A stretch of DNA of 58,523 bases, filler included, from Sluysia triapertura (Eukaryota): NCBI GenBank assembly GCA_046118255.1. It is 4 parts of 4 records of this genome, joined end to end, with 100 filler letters (N's around TTAATTAATTAA, not from the genome) between each part and the next. Parts side by side here need not be neighbours in the genome. Positions count along the whole stretch, not along the records: positions 37,825 to 58,523 come from JBJNIA010009986.1; 3 more parts are not named here. One strand, written 5' to 3'. The translations under genes were made by a program, and so were the position numbers. The notes under the pieces were generated by a model. It worked only from the letters and a program-made list of their open reading frames with translations. It did no database searches and was not told the DNA's origin. Shown here in pieces: positions 51,863 to 58,523 of the stretch (positions within the stretch are counted from its first letter, which is position 1; the number at the start of each line of letters is the position of its first letter).

Positions 51863-53217
51863 TTCAATAATTTTGTCACACTTTATTAAAATCTTAATAT
51901 TAAAATATTGATTTTATTGGATTGATTTAAATTAAATAATTTTAGCAACAACCAAAACCTTATTATTTACCTAATCCACATAATTTAATGATTTACTTAC
52001 AAAAATTAGCTGAACATGAATTTAACGATCCAGTGAAAAAATTGAATGAGTATATATATCGAAAAGTGGATGTTATACCTCCAATATGTAATGATACGAA
52101 TACTACTGAAGAAGAAGAATACGTATTTAAAAAACAAAATACAAAAGATATGGATATTCATCGACTTAGATTTTTATCTAATAATTATACTACTTACGAT
52201 GATTGGTATAATTTGAATAACAAGTGTTAATAAATAACACAGTCCTAATTTTAGATGAAACAAAAATGTTTTCAATATATTTTTTCTAAAATATATTTAG
52301 TACTTGTTTTGATTTAAATATACATAACTTTTAAATAAATTATATTTTGTCAATTTCATTGAAAAAATCTCAAACTTAAAATATAATTAAATTTCATATC
52401 GTTATAATTAATAAATAGATGATTTAAAATTAAAACGACATATATTTTTACCACTTCAAAGTAAAGTAATATTATTTTCTTTTCAAGAAAGTTTATTAAT
52501 ACCAAGTGTTGCGGTTTTATAAATCTTGTGTGCAAATGATCTTAATTGGGTTCGTCTAAAATATATGGTGTATAACATTCAGTTGGTATATCTGTTTATA
52601 TGAGACAATCTAAACATAATTAAAATTTAAGGGTCTGCTATAAATATTTTATAATTTTTATTTTATTTTAGTTTTACTTCTGACTTTTACTTATTTATTA
52701 CTGACTTTTTATTCTTTTACTTAAAATTGTCAAAGTTAATCTGAAAGTTAGTCTCTACTCGTGTCTGATGTACGAGATGGAAGTGCTGTAATTTTTTTAT
52801 AAATTTCAAATTTTCTCATTTTCTGAACTTAAACGAAATAAAAAGAATTATTTAAAACTCAAAACTATATATAAAAAAATTTAAAGTTAAAAGCAGCACG
52901 CCTAATTTAATGGTGGTTTTGAATACTATTTTATATTAATTTATTCAATAAGTTTATTGTTGAATTCTCTTCTCAATTAAATTAAATATAATTTAAAGTT
53001 GTAATTCAAGAAACTTAAAAATAGTCTTTCGACAGATTTACTACAAATCTTCAATTATTGTTACAAGTCTTCAATATCTTCAATAATTTTTGTTTGTCAC
53101 ATTTTATTAAAATCTCAATATTGAAATATTGCTTTTATTTGATTAATTTTAAATAAAATAATTTTAGCAACAACCAAAACCTTATTATTTATCTAGTCCT
53201 CATAATTTAATGATTTA
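51863..53217 (+). repeat. Pair of direct repeats of about 135 bp (51863-51996 and about 53079-53217)
   Basis: Both contain TTTGTCACA.TTTATTAAAATCT.AATATT.AAATATTG..ATAATTTTAGCAACAACCAAAACCTTATTATTTA.CTA.TCC.CATAATTTAATGATTTA. Confidence 0.85.
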
Positions 53218-56200
53218 ATTATATATTGTTGTTTGAATTAGTTTAATTTAGATAATTAAACTCCGGAGGCATTACATTTGAGCAGTGCATTGGTTTTGGT
53301 TTTATTCCATTATTTGGAAATAACACTCCAGTAATTAAATTATGTATTTAATTTTACGTTTTTCGGGTCTCTTCCTTTCTTTGCTTGTAATATTATTTGT
53401 TCTGAGATATAAATACTCTAATAATTTTTTTCATTTATTTCTTTACCACACCGTATGATGGTTCCCTTCGATATAAGTATGAGTTCGTTTCGGCCTCTGT
53501 TAATTTTTCTTTTTGTATGGAATCTATGTTTTCTCTTTTAATTGGTTTTCTGTTTAATTCTTCTACGGGAAATCCTTAGTTAATAATTTAGCTTTGGCGC
53601 ATTGGAATACGACATATGCTAAAATTGTTTAACTCTTTCATTGCTATTCCAGCATTAAATTGTTAGTTTGTTATTAGTTTGTAATATCCTGTATCTATGT
53701 AATCACTAACATCCTTATCTTTGTATTTTTCCACTACTGTTTTATTATTTTTATTATAGATATTCTGTATTCTTTTATTTTCAATAATACCTTTTTAGAT
53801 TTATCAAAGTTCGTAAACTTATCCGATAGTAATGCATAAATTATACTTTTGGTATCCAAAACAACTTTGTCAGGAGTCTCACAATTTATTTTTGTTAAGT
53901 CAATCATATTTTTATGTACTAGGTTTAGTGCCGTTATTTTATTATCATATTCTGTCTTTCTTGGTCTTCCCGAACCTCTCTTAACGTATTAGTCTCTCTA
54001 TCACTTGTTGTCACATGAGATTTAGTGTTAAGGTCGACTATATATTCTGGTTTTTTTCATTATTTCATTTACTGTAATCATTGTTTCGTTCGAGAATATT
54101 TCCATATTATTTTCCATTAATTGTTTCATAAAAGAATGTGGGATTTTATTTAAATCAACATCATCATTATTTTGTTTTGAACTATGTATTCGACAAATGC
54201 TTTTAATGTTTCACTATAATTTTCTGTGTGACATTCGTAATCATTTAAATATTCATCTGATACCAAATTTCTAACATGAAAAAATATTTGTGCATTTACT
54301 ATTGATTTCTGCTACTAATGTTGTTACTGGAAGCTCCTTAAAAATATTTATTGATACATTGATCAGCACATTAATTTTTGTTGAATCTTTTATACTTAGA
54401 ATGATGCAAATATAATGAATTGAATATGAGTTTATTGCTGTGGAGAATCTGGAAGTGAATTTGAGGTGTTTGTAGCATGGTTTGTTTGAGAATAAGAAAC
54501 TTAAACATTATTCAATGGAAAATTGTGAGAGAAAAATAGAAAATTAATTAAATGATAGAAAGTGAAATTATTTTTATGTATGTTAACAGTATTGCTGATT
54601 GTTATTTTAATGTGAGAAGTAATAGATTAGACTTTTATTTTTATCTATTCCTAAGTTAATTCTGTGGAAGATACTCTGACCAGTTTATTTTTTAAAAAAT
54701 ATTTGATTTTGATTTTGTTTTGCATCATTTGGGAAGAATATAAATAGTATTATTTGTCAAATCTTAATTTTTGTTGCGTCACCTCTGGTTTTCTTTTTGC
54801 ACTGGTTATCGTGTACTTAACATTATTAAAAAGTTATTGTTAACTTTCTTTTAACTGTTTATTATTTTTAGTTGTCTCGTTTACATTATTGTTAAAGTGG
54901 AGATTTACTATAGTAATTTTTATTTAATGTTTTTGTAATTATTATAGCATTGAGTTTTGTTGTTAATTTGAATTAAAGAATCTAACTTCTGTTGGGGTTG
55001 AATAGTTATCGTTACTAAACTAATAGAATTTGAGACAATTTAAATTTATTTTGATAATTATTGAAAATATTAGGATTCCGTTTAAGTAAATTAAACTTAT
55101 ACTGACGTATTTCAAAGGCGCAACATTATTATTAGGCCTTATACTTGCAACCTTAGCAACCTTACAAATATAATAAAGTCACAAAGGTCTTAAACACTTG
55201 TACATTTACTTGTAATCACGTGCTTTCAATTAATAGAATTAAAATTAAAAATTATTATTATTGTTATAAAAAATAAATTAATAAAAATAAAAAATTAATA
55301 AATTAAAATTCTTATTAATTCTAATTTATTCATTTAAAATTCAAGGTTATGCAAGTAGCTATATACGTTTTTTTACATTCACACAAGTCTAATTTTTACA
55401 TTTTTACTTTTACATCATTTTCAAGTTTGCTATTTCTATAACATTTTCAATCTAGTTTGGATCATTCACAATTTTGTTTTTGGATTGTTCTGAATTTCTG
55501 TCATTCGGATTGCTCTCTTGGATTCTCTTTGATACAGATTTTTATAATTATTCGTTAGTTTAATTTTTATAAGGATCTTTTTTAACATAAGATCGTAAAA
55601 TCTACTTTAAATTTATTTAAAATTTTATTCTCTTTTTAATAGAGTAGGAAAATTACCATTTTAAATTAAAATTTAAAAAGATTATAAATTAATCTAATAA
55701 TATATTATTATTTTACTCACATTATATTTTGTTTTTCATAATATATTTATATTAAATTTATTATTCACTATAACATTATATGATACTCCTTTTTTCAAAT
55801 ACGGTCGCTAATTACACTTAAAGTTATTATTAAAGGAAGTTTGTTGATAATCGTAAGGTACCATTTTTATAATATGGTTGTTTCAGTTGTTTAGAAAAAT
55901 GTCATTTGATACCTATTATTAAAAAGAAAGATTTTAATACACCATTTTTATAGGATAACAACCTTTTATTATTATCGAATTATTTTCCAAGAAAGGAATC
56001 AACTCTATTTTAAAATAATTAACGTTTAAAAAATCTTAATTACCTCCAATTTTTTACTTCTTTTGATTGCTACTTATAACTTAACCCTTAAGTGCGTAAG
56101 ACTACGATTGTAAGGGACAACCAATAGCACAAACACTTCAACCTTATTATTATTTCAATTTAAAATGGTTTTGTTCACGTAATCAATCATAATATTGAAG

Positions 56201-58024
56201 TTTAATGTTTATAAATATAAGTTTCATACCGCTGTGGTTTTCTTAAATCTAATCCTACAGCAAAATAAAAATCGGTTATGGTAAACGATTTATAATCAAT
56301 ATATTTATTTAAGAAACGCTTCTAATAAGTCTATAAAGCTATATTTAAATACATAATCAAAAATGCTTACAAAGATCTTAAAAATTATAACTTATGTAAC
56401 CGAATGAAATCCACTTAAACATTTAATAAAAGATCGATATCAATTTTATTAAAATAATACTAAATATTTTATTTACAATAACTAAAAATGTAGTTTGAAG
56501 ATTAGGAACAAAAATCTTTAATCAAATGTTCTCTGATTTTAATATAAAATTTTTTTCCTTAGTAGATCGGGTTTTTAAAGTAATATAATCGAGATTTTAC
56601 GTGGATTTTAGTATTTTAGTATTTTGATTATTAAAATCAAAACGCCTTAACAATAAAAAAGTTTACTCATTGAACAAAAGCTGGAACAAAATGGATGCTG
56701 GAACGAATAAATGACCAAAAGCTAACTGAATGATACCATAATAAATAAAATATGGCATCAAGAGAACACAGATTAAATAACGTTTAAAGTAGTGTTTTAA
56801 GTTGTTTAAAACTGTGATTGATTGTTATTAGCTATGGCCATTTATACAAACCCACAGCCAATCATAGACGAGTCGAATTCTAGAATGTTCGAAAAGTTCT
56901 AGAATGTTGGAAAATAATTTTCTATTAAGGAATTTAATGATTTTAATTGCTTTTCTGAATTAAGCTTAATGATTTTAAAGGATTGTGATGACAAACTAAC
57001 AATACTATTTCTACATAATCTCAATTTAAAGTGATTCTTTCAAGCATTCGATTATTATAACATTCGAGCAAAATCAAACATTTATTAAAGAATTCAACAT
57101 AATTCAATTATATAAATCATTGATTTATTATCTTCAGAACTTATTTTTCATGTAATATCCAAATTTTTAAACATGTATGAGCATTCAAATATTTTATTTG
57201 ATATTATTGTTGAGTATAATGTTGGTGCTGAAAATTATTTTAGCTATCAAATTCAATACGATTTTATTAAGATGACAGATCAAAAATAAATATTTTGAAG
57301 CTAAGGTTAACTTATCTAGTAGATGCAGATTGATTTTAACTCATCAGTAAGAAAGAGTGTAATCACTTAAGTCTCGACCATCGCGTTATTTTTAATAGAT
57401 AATGTAACCTTATTCAAAAAAATTAATAGATATATTAGATTATTTACCTATTATCAAATTATATTTTGGTGAGATTTTGAAGCTAGATATAAATTAGTTG
57501 AACGTTTGTGTATTTTAAGTGTGTAGTTTAACTCTTCCTTTAAAGAAGAGGAAAAAATCTATTTAATTAAAACGTACTACTTAACAGAAAAGGCTATACA
57601 TTTGAATAAATTCCAAATCCTTAATGTCCTTAATTTTTGTGCCATCTCTTCTTGATACTTGCGAAGCTTCTTGTATATGATCCCTAAGAATCCTCTCTTT
57701 GTATTCCTTCAAAATTCGCTAGAGTATTTTTGTTTGACATGCGGATTTCTTTAAGTTTTACATATGTCAAGGTTGATAGCTCTCTTACTGTAATTAAATA
57801 AATTAAATTATTATTTTCATTACAAATTAAATAAAAGTTTATTTCACTTAAAATTGCTCTTTACAGTATGCAATATTTAAGTTATAAAATATTCATAATT
57901 TTTGAATTTCGATATAAAATAATCATAAAAATGATTTTGTCAATGATGATCACAATATCGCAAGTTTTATAATGTTGGGATTGCCCAGTTAGTGCATAGA
58001 AAATAAAATATATAAGAAAAAGTG

Positions 58025-58385
58025 ATATTAAACATAATTCAATATTTCTAGAGCAAGAATAATGTACAGTAAAATATTTGTATTCATTTTGAAACCGAAG
58101 AATACCTTGGAGCTCCTAGACCTTTGTAGGGTATTGAAACCCTTTTGAAGACTTAAGTAAGGTGTCGTGAGATATGAAGATATCTTTGAACTTCTGAACC
58201 TTGGGATCATTTGAGACTTTTTGATTTTTTCGAATCTTTGAAGACATTCGAGACCTTCGAGTAACCTTGTAAAATGTTTGGAACCTTTGAAATGTTCAAG
58301 AATTAAAATCATGATTCATAATATTAACGATAAATTTAAGACAATAATTGAAATAAAAAGTATAAAAAGGCATCAGAGTGGCGAA
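58025..58385 (-). repeat. Dispersed repeat family D copy 3
   Basis: Reverse complement of 12330-12710; this accounts for ORF 58028-58312. Confidence 0.8.
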
Positions 58386-58523
58386 GGTGAAAACGTCTAA
58401 AGCCTCCTGAGTACCTTATAAAGTATTTAACAAATTTATAACCATAATAAAACCTTTAAACTTAAAATAAAATAAGTTAAAATAAATAATTAATTAATTA
58501 AAATCTTAATTAACTTAATTAAG

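Overview
Extremely AT-rich eukaryotic, most likely metazoan, DNA. The window is four contigs joined by artificial 100-bp spacers (44 N + TTAATTAATTAA + 44 N), so adjacency across 11282, 24521 and 37725 is not guaranteed. Recognisable host genes: the 5' half of a YME1L/FtsH-type mitochondrial AAA protease, a TARBP1/Trm3 tRNA 2'-O-methyltransferase (5'-incomplete, one frame break) and an intact prefoldin subunit 6. YME1L and PFDN6 have 33-36 nt introns. Decayed host copies are an STT3 pseudogene and a PKA-RII dimerisation/docking fragment. Most of the rest is mobile-element debris: several LTR families, Ty3/gypsy gag remnants, a Tc1/mariner remnant, a 72-bp piggyBac-type MITE and tentative protein-primed polB remnants. 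The most unusual structure is a decayed minus-strand polyprotein at about 34.4-37.5 kb. It has two tandem retroviral-type aspartic proteases fused directly to a chain of signal/TM segments and small beta-rich domains. No RT, RNase H or integrase lies between it and an LTR whose family also heads a PBS+gag element at 15.7-17.3 kb. All homology calls are by-eye motif recognition; no searches were run, and repeat boundaries are approximate.
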